64,000 nt of DNA from Eledone cirrhosa (taxonomy: Eukaryota), in contig OZ024743.1 in NCBI GenBank assembly GCA_964016885.1, forward strand, positions 178,188,001-178,252,000. The letters are read 5' to 3'. Positions 1 to 12,737 of this stretch are shown piece by piece. Each line of letters opens with the position of its first letter. The first letter of the stretch is position 1. The position numbers were made by a program, and so were the translations under genes. The notes under the pieces were generated by a model that did not search any database, was not told where the DNA came from, and saw only the letters and a list, made by a program, of their open reading frames with translations.

Positions 1-17
1 CTGAAAGTATATACTTT

Positions 18-1862
18 CATCATCATCATCATCATCATCATTTAACGTCCATGTTCCACGCTTTGCATGGGTTTGGACGGGAATTTTCCCACTTGAGGCA
101 AGAGTGGTTGTCTTGCTCGCATAGGACTGTCTGGCGTGTTTTCTACAGCTGGATGCCCTTCCTAACACCAACCACATTTACAGTGTGGGACTGGGAGGTT
201 TTTACCGTGTTGCCTACACGGCCACATTACAGCGTGGACTGTCTGTTTTTTTTATCGTGACACCTACACGATCTCATTTGTTTCGGCCTGGATGTTGTGG
301 CACCAACATAACTTTACATTGAAAGGGGCGGCGTGGATGGGGTGGGGGTAGTGGGACGGGGGTGTATTTTGTTAGAGATGCCTACTGACTGTAGTAGGTT
401 TTACTTTGTATTTAGGTAAGGCGGGTCTTCTCTATTACTGAGTACCGCCAAAGATCTCGGTCCAGTGACATTGTCTTGGAGAGGTGTAAAAGTGTGAGGT
501 CGGAATTTATCAGGTCGTCCCAGGTTCTTCTGGGTCTGCCTACTCCGTGGCTACCGTCTATCTTTATTGCCCTGCACTTTTTTATACAGCTGTCGTCTTT
601 CATGCGCATCACGTGACCATACCAACGTAGCCTTCTCTCGAGTAAACAACATCTGATCCCTCTTATTTCTAATTTTTCCCTTAGTTCGTTTATGCTTTGC
701 TGTTCACGTATATTACTATTACACAACCAGCGGAGCATGCAAGCTTCGTTCCTCTCTAGTCTGCGTATATCCTCTGCACACAATGCCCAGGTCTCACTGC
801 CATGCAACATTGCTGTTCGTATGCAGGCATCATACAGCCTGCCTTTCATTTTTAGGGAGAACCCTTTAGCGGCTAATAGTGGTATAAGCTCTCTGAACTT
901 TTTCCTTCCCGTTCTGACTCTAGCTACTGTACTTTCCGAGCACCCTCCCCCACTGCTGATTTTGTCACCCAGGTAACGGAAGCTGTCCACTATTTCTATA
1001 GAACCCTCTGCGCAATTGAAAGAGCTAGTATTTTGTTGGCACTTGCTGCTACTTATTGCACCAGAGCACTGGCCACATGTAAAATCTATGTTCTTAGTTA
1101 GCTTAACTGTGATCCCACTACATCTTTTATGCACCCATACTTTGCATTTGGGACATAAAATGGAGTTTCTACCTACGCCTTTCCTAAACACTGAGCAAGG
1201 CCATTTCCCGGAAGGAACCGGCGCCTTATTTTCTTTCCTACAAACTAGAACTTTAGTCTTAGCCAGGTTAATTTTAAGGCCTTTTGATTCTAGGCCGTGC
1301 TTCCATGTTTGGAATTTCTTCTCTAGCTCGGCCATTGATTCAGCTATGAGCGTTAGGTCATCTGGACAGCCGGTCTTGAACTCCATTGTTATAGCCTGAA
1401 GGGCAATAATAAATAGTAGGGGGCTAAGAACAGAGCCCTGATGAACACCAACTTTTACGCTAAACTCTTCACTATATTCATTGTTAATTCTAACCTTGCT
1501 GACTGTTTCTTTATACATGGCTTGTATAGCTCTCACAAGCCATTCATCAACACCTAGTTTTCTAAGAGCCCACCAGATAATGGAACGGGGGACTCTGTCG
1601 AAGGCCTTGTCCAAGTCGACAAAAGCTAAGTATAGGGGTTTACTTTTAGCTAGGTACTTCTCCTGTAGTTGTCGTACAATGAAAAGAGCGTCTGTGGTAC
1701 TTTTGCCTGACACAAACCCGAACTGCATTTCATCTAGATCAATTCTCTCTCTGATTAGTTGCGCTATTACTTTTTCCGTGACCTTCATGACCTGGTGGAT
1801 TAATTTAATGCCTCTATAGTTATTCCTATCTAGGGCGTCTCCTTTATCCTTGTAGCAGTTTA
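18..1862 (-). mobile_element. 5'-truncated RTE-clade LINE (RT region, 3' UTR, (GAT)n tail); catalytic Y(A/T)DD motif damaged by a small deletion
   Basis: ORF 412..1965 has NYRGIKL, QFGF, AFVDLDKAFD, GVHQGSVLSPLLF and RLRWYGHV. It reads GCP-DDL where other copies read GCPWELLY(T/A)DDL. (CAT)n at 18-40 is the tail. The first ~34 aa of the ORF are flanking non-LINE sequence. Confidence 0.93.
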
Positions 1863-1980
1863 TGCATATTAACAGCTTATGCATATTAACGGCTGAGCAG
1901 CCTAATTTCAATTCCAGTACTGCCAATACTGGAATTGAACTATCAAGACAGTTGAGGTATGTCATACATCAATTCATGTA

Positions 1981-2030
1981 TTTTATCTGATGAGGACGTA
2001 CTGAAAAAACAGTACAGTACCTTCGAAATA
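1981..2030 (+). ncRNA. Hammerhead-ribozyme-like core, interrupted by a Helitron-like insertion (mirror ~37081-37130, minus)
   Basis: CTGATGA (1987-1993), stem GGAcGTACTG / CAGTACcTTC, GAAA (2025-2028). The 3' part is replaced by TCTATATATATAAAACTG. Confidence 0.4.
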
Positions 2031-2690
2031 TCTATATATATAAAACTGAGGATGTCTGTCTGTGTGTGTGTGAGTTCGAATCCCTAAAACTCGAGAACCA
2101 CCCAATCGACTGTTTTCAAACTTTACACATGTAATATTTATGTTTCAGGGAGTGTTCTGAACAAAACAAATTTCAAATTTTCAATGCCTTAGGGACCGCA
2201 TCAGGCGATTTAGCAATCTCGCTCTATAATTCTGTGTTTCTCTTTTTAGGTAGATACATACATATAACGTCGCACCCTTATAATATCTGTCTGTATGTCT
2301 GACTGTCTGCATTACGTCAGCAATACTAAGCTTACCTAAGGCGGTTATATATTTCACGCAACACTAAAAATGAAAGCCGGTAACTATATATTAGTCAGTC
2401 TCTTCTTCATACCGTGAGGAAAGAAAATCCAACTTTTAGTGGAGCGAGTGAAACAAAGTCGACCCTGCTGCGATTCAAAAATCAGGTTTGCAGGTTATAT
2501 ACTTCACACAACACTAAAAATTAAAGCCGGTAAAGAAAATCATCGCTATAATAGCTTCAGTTTTTGTTTACTTACGTGCCTTTACGAGAACAAAAGTTAC
2601 TATTTTACCGTTTAGTATTGTAGAGAAGCACCAAACCGACTGTTTGCAAACTTTACACATGTAATACTTATGTTTCACGGAGTGTTCTGA
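2031..2690 (+). mobile_element. Non-autonomous Helitron-like element, 5' part (mirror ~36421-37080, minus)
   Basis: Begins A|TCTATATATATAAAACTGAGGATGTCTGTCTG and shares CCCTAAAACTCGAGAACCAC and CAAACTTTACACATGTAAT with the complete copy at 8653-9390. No CTAG end was found. Confidence 0.65.
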
Positions 2691-5617
2691 TAACAATAAT
2701 AGCAACACACACGACTATGATGATAGATATAATGACAACCCCTTAGAGAAACTATTTTTCAACCCAGCTGACAAAAGATATAAGATGGGTAATATCTACC
2801 CTACGAGGTTATCCTTTAATAAAAGAGTTTGCATGCCACAACAAATAGATGACGAGACAGAGGCACAGTTCACCATAGCTACAAATAAGATTAGACAAAT
2901 AGTAGACCGGTATACTAAGAGACTGAGCAGACCAGAGGCCCAACAACTTGGGAGGAAACCTGTAGAAGGCTGGGTTAGCCTCAGCAGGGCACAAGGGATG
3001 GTGAGTTAGTATGTCTACCCACGGATAAGTCCGGTAGGATTTCAATAGATAGCATGCCGAACTATATCAAGGCTATGCAGCCCCACATCACCAACACGAG
3101 CGAAATTGCACAACAAACACATGATGGGAGAGAGAAAATCCTCAACGCTCACATCATGATGTGGACTGACATCCTAAAGCCAAGCAGACGCACTGCCAAC
3201 AACTTCCAGGCGTCCAACAATGGCATACCACCCTTGTATGGGCTCCGCAAAGACCACAAGGCAGTTGACGACCCGACAACAGGACCACCAACAAGACCCG
3301 TGTGCGGAGCTAATATAGCTAACAACTACAGGATCTCCTACTTCCTCTCAATGGTTATACGCCCCATAATCAAGATGTCCCCGGATGTATGTGACAGTAC
3401 AGAGGACCTCCTCAGCAGAATCAGTGAGTGCAACAAAAACAAGAACCTATCCAACTGCATAATAGGCAGCATGGATGTGGTGTCACTGAACCCATCCATT
3501 AACATTGATTTTGCTGTGAAAAAATGTGTGGAGATGATCATTGAGAGTGAGGTGGAGTTCTGCGACGTCGACACAGGCGAACTGGGCCTCCTACTTAGAC
3601 TTACCTACGACACTGACTACCTAGATAGCCATGACCTTAGACGTTTCTGCCCTAGTAGACCCATAAGAGGTAGACCCCCCACCATAACCTCAATGGCAAA
3701 AAAGACTCACATGGGAAGGTGGATTGGGTGGACCAAAGCCATACGGACCCCCCAAAACAATGACCAGGTAAGAAAAATGGTCGCACATGCAATAGGGGCT
3801 AGTATCAAAACTACCCTAAAGGGCCACATATTTAAGTTCAACGAGATCTACACCCAAAATGAGGGAGCAGCCATTGGCGTCAGCATAGCTGGTGATGTTG
3901 CCAACCTTTTCATGGTATGGTGGGAAAGGAGACTTAAAGATCTCCTTAATGAGAGCTCCATAGACCTCATCATGTACTCTCGTTATGTAGACGATATCAA
4001 TATAGTTATAAGAACATCCCCACTAGAGAGCACTAACAAGTTTGATTTAGAACGTAGCACAATCGAAAGCATCCAGCAGATAGCTAATTCCATACACCAG
4101 AGTATAACTGTAACTATCGACTTCCCTTCCAAACACCCTAACAATAGACTACCTGTATTAGACACGGAACTCTGGATTAACACTATAGACGAGAGAGCCC
4201 AAATTCTCCACTCACACTATGCTAAACCCATGGCCTCCAAATACCTGATACTCAAAAACTCAGCAATGTCCAGTAGCGCTAAGTTTAGTATTCTGATCGC
4301 AGATTTGGTACGAGTGATGAAGAATGTGTCCCGCATGTGCGACCCAACAGAAATGGAAAGACACATCCAACACTTCATCAACCGCATGCAGTTCTCTGGC
4401 TACAACCAAAGAGACAGAGTCAGAGTATACGAAGGAGCCATGGAGAAGTATAAGACCCTCATAGAACTGGACATGAAAGGAATTTGCCCATTATACAGGA
4501 GCAAATCATGGAATAGCTTAGATAGGGCTAGACATAAGATAGGGAAAGCCACCTCATGGTACGACAACCAGAGATACCAGAGTGTCATGTTTGTGGACGC
4601 TACCCCTGAAGGGAAATTAGCTAACCAGTGTAGAAAGGCCCTGAGAAAGACCCACTTAAAGATTAAGGTGGTAGAAAAGCCAGGAACCACCATAAAATCC
4701 CTGATCAGCAAAACCTACTGTTTTAAGAAAACCCACTGTACTAATAGGAAATGTATCATATGTAAGGTAAACCCCCGGATAAACTGTAAAACTAGAAACG
4801 TAGTCTATAGCATAAGATGTACAGAGGGTACTTGCAGAAACATGACAACAACATACAGAGGTGAGACAGCTCGTAGCATAGGTGAAAGGATAGACCAACA
4901 CTGGGGGGAACTAAAAGGACGATAAAACGGGTCAGTACTATACGAACATGCCAGACAACAACACGACGGTAACATAGACAACATAGAAATTAGAATAATA
5001 TCTAAACATAGAAATGACCCAGCAGATAGGCAAATCAGAGAGGCCAGTGAAATAGAACTTAGAAGGCCAAGACTAAACAGAAAGAATGAATGGAATAACA
5101 ACAACACCAAAACAAACAACACTGACCTAAGAGAAGTATAAATAAATAAATAAATAGATAAATAAATAAATAAATACATACACAAGCACAATAACAACAA
5201 ACATATAAACACACACTAGTCACCCAATCACGAACAGACATCAAACAAAACACAATACACACACGTAAACGCATGCGCAAAGAAGACAAAATAAAATAAA
5301 CGAACAAGCAAATAAATAAATAAATATATAGACAGACTAAATAAAAATGGCGTAGACATACAATGCAACGGGAGGAAACAATAGCACCACTGACGATGTT
5401 GCAGATGTGCAACGAAAGATTTATGATAAACTATATATATGTGTTTGTGTCTATATTATATCTGTATTATTTTTGACCGTCGGTCAGTCAATGGCAACAT
5501 CGAGGACCGAATAAATTAGATTACCGATATAAAAGACACAGAAGCGAAAACCAACCAAACAGTGAGTGTGTTCTGTTATTAATTCTGGCAATATTACACA
5601 AATATGACCCTCCCCAA

Positions 5618-5618
<1 letters not shown>
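2691..5618 (+). mobile_element. Penelope-like retroelement (RT + GIY-YIG), 5'-truncated pseudogene
   Basis: TDKSG motif lies just upstream of ORF 3054, with a frameshift near 3000. ORF motifs: LYGLRKDHK, RPV, SMDVVSL, GAAIG, RYVDD, LPVLD, a Cys-rich linker and NVVY...YRGETARSIGERIDQH. After a premature TAA (4923-4925) the frame continues ...RQIREASEI...PRLNRKNEW to TAA 5139-5141. Confidence 0.92.
5386..5427 (+). ncRNA. Minimal type I hammerhead ribozyme motif in the 3' region of the Penelope-like element (mirror 33684-33725, minus)
   Basis: ACCA-CTGACGA-T-GTTGCA-gatg-TGCAAC-GAAA-GATT-TA-TGAT: conserved core, perfect 6-bp stem II, near-palindromic short stem III, one mismatch in stem I. Confidence 0.7.

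Positions 5619-5711
<93 letters not shown>
5619..5711. repeat. (TA)n microsatellite (about half as long in the mirror copy, ~33441-33492)
   Basis: Read directly. Confidence 0.95.
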
Positions 5712-5712
<1 letters not shown>

Positions 5713-5941
5713 CCCATTCAGTTTATTTGATACTTTAATATATCTAAAACGATAGTTTGCTATCGTCAACTCTAGAAAGAAAAATTACTTATTTTTACCT
5801 GTTGATAGGTAAAACTAAATAAATTCATGCACCATCTCACTACTACAGCCACTGTTTCTGTCACTGGATAGAATGAATAAAATCAATAGCAATATTTCTC
5901 TGTATCCACATAGATTTATAACGGTTGTCGTGGTTGTCGTC

Positions 5942-8636
5942 GTTATTCCTTATCCTTCCCAATGCCAGGTTATTCCTTATCCTTTCTTAGGCCAGGTTAT
6001 TCCTTATCCTTCCCAATGCCAGGTTATTTCTTATCCGTCCCTAGGCCAGGTTATTCCTTATCCTTCCCTAGACCAGGTTATTCCTTATCCTTCCCAATGT
6101 CAGGTTATTCCTTATCCTTCCCAATGCCAGGTTATTTCTCATCCGTCCCTAGGCCAGGTTATTCCTTACCCTACCCAATGCCAGGTTATTCCTTATCCTT
6201 CCCAATGCCAGGTTATTTCTTATCCGTCCCTAGGCCAGTTTATTTCTTATCCGTCCCCAGGTCAAGTTATTCCTTATCCTTCCCTAGACCAGTTATTCCT
6301 TATCCTTCCCAATGCCAAGATATTCCTTATCCTTCCCAATGCCAGGTTATTTATTATCCGTCCCTAGGCCAAATTATTCATTAGCCTGCCCTAGGCCAGG
6401 TTATTCTGTATCCTTCCCAATGCCAGGTTACTTTTTATTCTTCCCAATGCCAGGTTATTTCTTATCCGTCCCTAGACCAGGTTATTCCTTATCTTTGCCA
6501 ATGCCAGGTTATTCCTTATTCTTCCCAATGCCAGGTTATTTCTTAGCCGTCCCTAGGCCGGGTTATTCCTTATCCTTCCCAATGCCAGGATATTCCTTAT
6601 CCTCCCTTAGGCCAGGTTATTCCTTATCCTTCCCAATGCCAGGTTATTCCTTATCCTTCCCAAAGCCAGGTTATTTCTTATCCGTCCCTAGGCCAGGTTA
6701 TTCCTTATCCTTCCCAATGCCAGGTTATTCCTTATCCTTCCCCCCAATGCCAGGTTATTTCTTATCCGTCCCTAGGCCAGGTTATTCCTTATCCTTCCCA
6801 ACGCCAGATTATTTCTTATCCTTCCCTAGACCAGGTTATTCCTTATCCTTCCCAATGCCAGGTTATTCCTTATCCTTCCCAAAGCCAGGTTATTCCTTAT
6901 CCTTCCCAATGCCAGGTTATTCCTTATCCTTCCCACTGATAGGTTATTTCTTATCCGTCCCTCGGCCAGGTTATTCCGTATCCTTCCCAATGCCAGGTTA
7001 TTCCTTATCCTTCCCAATGCCAGGTTATTTCTTATCCGTCCCTAGGCCAGGTTATTCCTTATCCTTCCCAACGCCAGATTATTTCTTATCCTTCCCTATA
7101 CCAGGTTATTCCTTATCCTTCTCAATGCCAGGTTATTTATTATCCTTCCCTAGGCCAGGTTATTCCTTATCCTTCCCAATTCCAGGTTATTCCTTATCCT
7201 TTCACTGCTAGGTTATTTCTTATCCGTCCTTCGGCCAGGTTATTCCGTATCGTTCCCAATGCCAGTTTACTATTTATTCTTCCCAATGCCAGGTTATTTC
7301 TTATCCGTCCCTAGACCAGGTTATTCCTTATCCATCCCAATGCCAGGTTATTCCTTATTCTTCCCAATGCCAGGTTATTTCTTAGCCGTCCCTAGGTCAG
7401 GTTATTCTTTATCCTTCCCAATGCCAGGATATTCCTTATCCTCCCTTAGGCCAGGTTATTCCTTATCCTTCCCAATGCCAGGTTATTCCTTATCCTTCCC
7501 AATGCCAGGTTATTTCTTACCCGTCCCTAGGCCAGGTTATTCCTTATACTTCCCAATGCCAGGATATTCCTTATACTTTCTTAGGCCAGGTTATTCCTTA
7601 TCCTTCCCAATGCCAGGTTATTTCTTATCCGTCCCTAGGCTAGGTTATTCCTTATCCTTCCCAATGCCAAGTTATTTATTATCCTTCCCAATGCCAGGTT
7701 ATTTATTATCCTTCCCTAGGCCAGGTTATTCCTTATCCTTCCCAATGCCAGGTTATTCCTTATCCTTCCCAATGCCAGGTTATTTCTTATCCGTCCCTAG
7801 GCCAGGTTATTCCTTATCCTTCCCAACGCCAGATTATTTCTTATCCTTCCCTAGACCAGGTTATTCCTCATCCTTCCCAATGCCAGGTTATTTCTTATCC
7901 TTCCCTAGACCAGGTTATTCCTTATCCTTCCCAATGCCAGGTTATTTATTATCCTTCCCTAGGCCAGTTATTCCTTATCCTTCCCAATGCCAGGTCATTT
8001 CTTATCCTTCCCAATGCCAGGTTATTTCTTATCCGTCTCTAGTTCAAGTTATTCATTATCCTTCCCTAGACCAGGTTATTCCTTATCCTTCCCAATGCCA
8101 GGTTATTTCTTATCCTTCCTTAGGCCAGGTTATTCCTTATCCTTCCCAATGCCAGGTTATTTCTTATCCTTCCTTAGGCCAGGTTATTCCTTATCCTTCC
8201 CAATGCCAGGTTATTCCTTATCCTTCCCAATGCCAGGTTATTTCTTATCCGTCTCTAGTTCAAGTTATTCATTATCCTTCCCTAGACCAGGTTATTCCTT
8301 ATCCTTCCCAATGCCAGGTTATTTCTTATCCTTCCTTAGGCCAGGTTATTCCTTATCCTTCCCAATGCCAGGTTATTCCTTATCCTTCCCAATGCCAGGT
8401 TATTTATTATCCGTCCCTAGGTCAAGTTATTCCTTATCCTTCCCAATACCAGGTTATTCCTTATCCTTCCCAACGCCAGGTTATTTCTTATCCGTCCCTA
8501 GGCCAGGTTATTCCTTATCCTTCCCAATGCCAGGTTATTCCTTATTCTTCCCAATGCCAGGTTATTTCTTATTCTTCCTTAGGCCAGGTTATTCCTTATC
8601 ATTCCCAATGCCAGGTTATTTCCTATCCTTCCCTAG
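5942..8636. repeat. 27-bp tandem satellite, consensus CCAGGTTATTCCTTATCCTTCCCAATG, ~100 units with CCCAATG and CCCTAGG variants
   Basis: Direct periodicity. It produces the MPGYSLSFP and QVIPYPSQC repeat ORFs. Confidence 0.97.
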
Positions 8637-8652
8637 TAACTATATCTATATA

Positions 8653-9390
8653 CTAGCAGAATGGCCTGGCGTTGCTCGGGATTCTAATAATAGATTGGCA
8701 TGTTTATCCCTCCTTTCTGAAACGGTACAGAGAAGTACTGGATACCTCGGCCTGGGGATGGTGTCTACATTTTGTGCTTATGAAAAACATTTGTCGTAAA
8801 TTACCAGGGGTTTAACTTAATTGGGTGCCTGAGAGTAAAATGTAAGGAATAAACTCGTCAGTGATGCATATGATTTCCGAACCGTTGACTATGTAATCGC
8901 TGGCCTTGTTTGTTTATATTTTGTTTTTGTGTATGCAAAAATACCTGTACACGAATATATATATTAAAATAAGAGATTAAAGTTTAATCAAAGAATCGCT
9001 GCTTTCACCCTTAACGGCACCTTCTGAAACTAAAAAAAAATCAATCTGTGAACGCAGAAGTAAATATTTCTAAAAAACCTTACACACTATAGATATATAT
9101 ATACACACACACACTATATATATACATATACACACACACACACACATACAGAGATAGTGTCATAAAGTCGTAATGCAAACAGCCAGACATACAGACAGAT
9201 TATAGAGAGATCGCTAAACGGCGCCTAATGCGGTCCCCAGGGCATTGAAAATTTGGAATATTATTTGCTCAAAACACTCACATGACCATAAGTATTACAT
9301 GTGTAAAGTTTGAAAACAATCGGTTTGGTGGTTCTCGAGTTTTAGGGAGTCAGACAGACAGTCAGACATTCTCTGTTTTAGATATATAGA
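8653..9390 (-). mobile_element. Complete non-autonomous Helitron-like element, 738 bp
   Basis: 5' end A|TC. 3' end CCCGAGCAACGCCAGG (imperfect subterminal hairpin)-CCATTCTG-CTAG|T. Inserted between A and T with no TSD. Confidence 0.8.
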
Positions 9391-9446
9391 TAATATTGTG
9401 TGTGTGTGTTTAAGCGGAATTTTAGTAATAGGTATATGTATATATA

Positions 9447-9575
9447 TATATTATAAAGAGTCAGGACGCCGACAGCTGAGCTCTTGCCGTTTCAACAGCT
9501 GGTTCCAGTCTGCCTGGAACTAGCTGTTGAAACGGCAAGAGCTCAGCCATCGGGGTCCCAACTCTTTATAATATA
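9447..9575. repeat. ~130-bp fold-back palindrome, MITE-like (mirror ~27781-27909)
   Basis: Inner stem GCTGAGCTCTTGCCGTTTCAACAGCTGGTTCCAG-tctgc-CTGGAACTAGCTGTTGAAACGGCAAGAGCTCAGC, with outer pair TATATTATAAAGAGT / ACTCTTTATAATATA. Confidence 0.85.
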
Positions 9576-10257
9576 ACCATACTCTACTACCCCAAGTATC
9601 GAGTACTCTGTTGAGTAATGTCAAACCAGTTTCAAACTGAGTCCATCCTGATTTATATATATATACTATAATTGTTTCAACACACTGACGCGCATGTGTG
9701 TATGTAGATTGTACCCACAAGTGTAGTGAATGTTAGATTATCATCACCCAGTCTTTCATCAGTCACATAAACACATAGATGCTAATGAGCAAGCCCAATC
9801 TACCATTTATTTCTGGGATAAATAACATCAGTTTAATAACACCTCCAAAATTGTTTTCGCATACATTTTTGATAATGAATGGAAATTTTCGCAGTTTTAG
9901 ACTATGATTAAGATGATGAAATTTTAAAGAAAAATGTTTTTGTCATTAGCAGATTCATATCTAATTTATATAGGATGAAATTAGAGAAGCCTTTTCTCAG
10001 ACAATCTCATATATTGATGTATTAACATCATAAAAAGGTGGCGAAATGACAGAGTTGAGTTGTTTGAACGTCAGATAGAAGGCTTTGTGGTATTCATTCC
10101 GACTCTGTTTGCGTTCAAATTCGGTCGAGCTCAACTTTGTGCCTTTCATCATTTTGAGGTTGATAAAAAAAGTATAACTCTAATAATGGAGTCAATTCTT
10201 CCTCTTTATCTCTTTCTAACTCTCAATCTCTCTGGAAGAAATCTTCTGTACACATAT

Positions 10258-10500
10258 CCAGGGCCTAATTTAAGGCAGAGGAAATTGCACCAAGAGTCTT
10301 ATAGTGGGGGCCCCCACAAACGACAGCCGTAGCAATTTATTTGAGCCCTCAGATGGGCCTTTTAGTTTTAGGATGGTTAGAATTTTTTTTATTTAATATC
10401 TGTATGTATAACTTTTCAATTACTTGCGCCTAGCTAATTTTGATATGTAAATTGGGGGGTTTGCTGTGTATTCTAATTTTTTGTGTATAAGGGTCCCTAC
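10258..10500 (+). mobile_element. Degenerate DNA-transposon/MITE fragment with a CAGGGCC-type end (hAT-like); relative at ~50900-51137 in opposite orientation
   Basis: Shared GTAGCAATT.ATTTG.GCCCTCAG.TGGGC.TTTTAGTTTT.GGATGGTTAGAATTTTT block. Confidence 0.5.
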
Positions 10501-11187
10501 AAGTCACTTGGGATAAAAAAAAATCAGGTAAATGTGTTGTCATTATTAGTAAAAACTTGGAAAGGTTACTATCCAAGTAAAGTCATTGTCAAATATGGAT
10601 ATAGAGAATAGGAATAGGATGGACAAGTTCAGGGAGCTAATAATAAAGGAATTTTCTTTCCTGGAATAGTAGTAGATTGTATCATCATCACCATTTAGCG
10701 TCCATTTTTTCATGCTTGCATGGGTTAGACAGGTTGTCCACGCCGGGAAGAAAGTCTAGCCACAGATGGCCATGTCACACCTTGCTCTGACGAGGACTAT
10801 ATATATATATATATATATAATTTGCTCCGGACGTAGCACCCGTGTCTGAAAGAACCCGCAGAAGTAGAATCAGCCAGATCCATACAAGGACCATGACTCG
10901 AGCTACATGCCGGCGAAACATTTGTAACACAAAATAAACTAAGTCCAGATGCATCACTGATTTTTCGTTTCCTTTATAATATCTACACTCTACTCTGATG
11001 AATATCGAGTGCTAATTTTGGCATACCGCCTATGGAAGCACCATAGCTACCACTATACACAACTATATATATATATACTCAGAAGAGTGACACAGTTGAA
11101 GTCATGTGGAAGCCATTTCTATATTAAACATGATGTTTACACTCTACTAATGTATTAAGTACCTTACTAACTGTGTGTATATTTATA

Positions 11188-12234
11188 TTCTGGTGCAATA
11201 AGTAGCAGCAAGTGCCCACAGAATACTAACTCATTCCATTGCACAGATGGTTCTATAGAAATAGTGGACAGCTTCCGTTACCTGGGTGATAAAATCAGCA
11301 GTGGGGGAGGGTGCTCTGAAAGTACAGTAGCTAGGGTCAGAACGGGATGGAAAAAGTTCAGAGAGCTTATACCACTATTGGCCGCTAAAGGATTCTCTCT
11401 AAAAATGAAAGGCAGGCTGTATGATGCCTGCATACGAACAGCAATGTTACATGGCAGTGAGACCTGGGCATTGTGTGCAGAGGATATACGCAGATTGGAG
11501 AGAAACGAAGCTTGCATGCTCCGCTGGATGTGTAATAGTAACATACGTGAACGGCAAAGCATAAACGTACTAAGGGAGAAATTAGAAATAAGAGGGATCA
11601 GAGGTTGTTTACTCGAAAGAAGACTACGTTGGTATGGTCACGTGATGCGGATAAAAGACGACAGCTGTATAAAAAAGTGCAGGGCAATAAAAATAGACGG
11701 TAGCCACGGAGTAGGCAGACCCAGAAAAACCTGGGACGACTTGATAAATTCCGACCTCACACACTTACACCTCTCCAAGACAATGTCACTGGACCGAGAG
11801 CTTTGCCGCTACACAGTAATAGAGAAGACCCGCCTTACCTAAGTACAAAGTGAAACCTACTACAGTCAGTAGGCACCTCTAACAAAATACACCCCGTCCC
11901 ACTACCCCCACCCCATCCACACCACCCCTTCATTGTAAAGTTATGTTGGTGTCACAACATCCAGGCCGAAACAAATGAGGTCGTGTAGGTGTCACGACAA
12001 AAAACACACAGTCCACGCTGTAATGTGGCCTTGTAGGCAACACGGTAAAACCTCCCAGTCCCACACTGTAAATGTGGTTGGTGTTAGGAAGGGCATCTAG
12101 CCGTAGAAAACCCGCCAGACAGTCCTATGCGAGCAAGACAACCACTCTTGCCTCAAGTGGGAAAACCCCCGTCCAAACCCATGCAAGCGTGGAATATGGA
12201 CGTTAAACGATGATGATGATGATGATGATGATGA
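11188..12234 (+). mobile_element. RTE LINE 3' fragment with (GAT)n tail
   Basis: ORF 11264..11842 matches the C-terminus of the other RTE copies. Shared 3' UTR. Confidence 0.93.
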
Positions 12235-12381
12235 TATATAATAATAATAATGAGTATAACTGAAGTTGCAGCTGCGAGTAGCAGGTTCACAATTGATTTT
12301 TGGAGACTCTCACAAAGCACTCAATGAGAGAGTAATCAATGAATTAATCCTCAGAGTAATCAACATAAGTTAGGTAATAAT

Positions 12382-12500
12382 TGTTTCTACTTTAGGCACA
12401 AGGCCAGCAATTACTCAGTACATTACTGGTACTTTATTTTATCAACCCCATAAGGATGAAAGGCAAAGTTAACCTCGGCGGGATTTGAACTCAGACTGTA
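12382..12500 (-). mobile_element. 5'-truncated tRNA-type SINE with 15-bp TSD (mirror ~24856-24974)
   Basis: Minus strand has a B-box-like GAGTTCAAATCC followed by CGCCGAGGTTAACTTTGCCTTTCATCC...GTAGAAACA. AAGTTAGGTAATAAT flanks both ends (12367-12381, 12501-12515). Confidence 0.85.
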
Positions 12501-12737
12501 AAGTTAGGTAATAATGACACAATGAAATATGTGGCCAAAGGTGTGTTGCCACCTTAATACTACAACAAAAAATACAGACAGGTTAAAGACGAACCTGGAC
12601 CTGATTGATAGATATTAGATATTAATCAATAAATATCTTCAATAGGCTTCTAGAAATCTGGAAGCTACACTCCAAGTTGTGTAATGCAAGTAAGTAATGT
12701 ATCCTAAGATGGAACGAGAATATATATATATATATAT

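Noticed and set aside
4923-4925. Selenocysteine recoding in the Penelope-like ORF, as described for some Naiad elements
   Set aside because: The in-frame stop is TAA, not TGA, and the element also has a frameshift. Simple decay is more likely.
5942-8636. Regular 27-, 33- and 40-bp arrays as CRISPR arrays
   Set aside because: Units are contiguous with no unique spacers, there are no cas genes, and the context is eukaryotic.
10788-10835. CTGACGAGGAC...TCCGGAC and similar motifs (~9755 minus, ~50336) as hammerheads
   Set aside because: The GAAA core or the stems are missing or degenerate, so they cannot be supported.
12467-12497. GAGTTCAAATCC motifs as tRNA genes
   Set aside because: They are B-box-like parts of a SINE with TSDs. 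No cloverleaf can be drawn.
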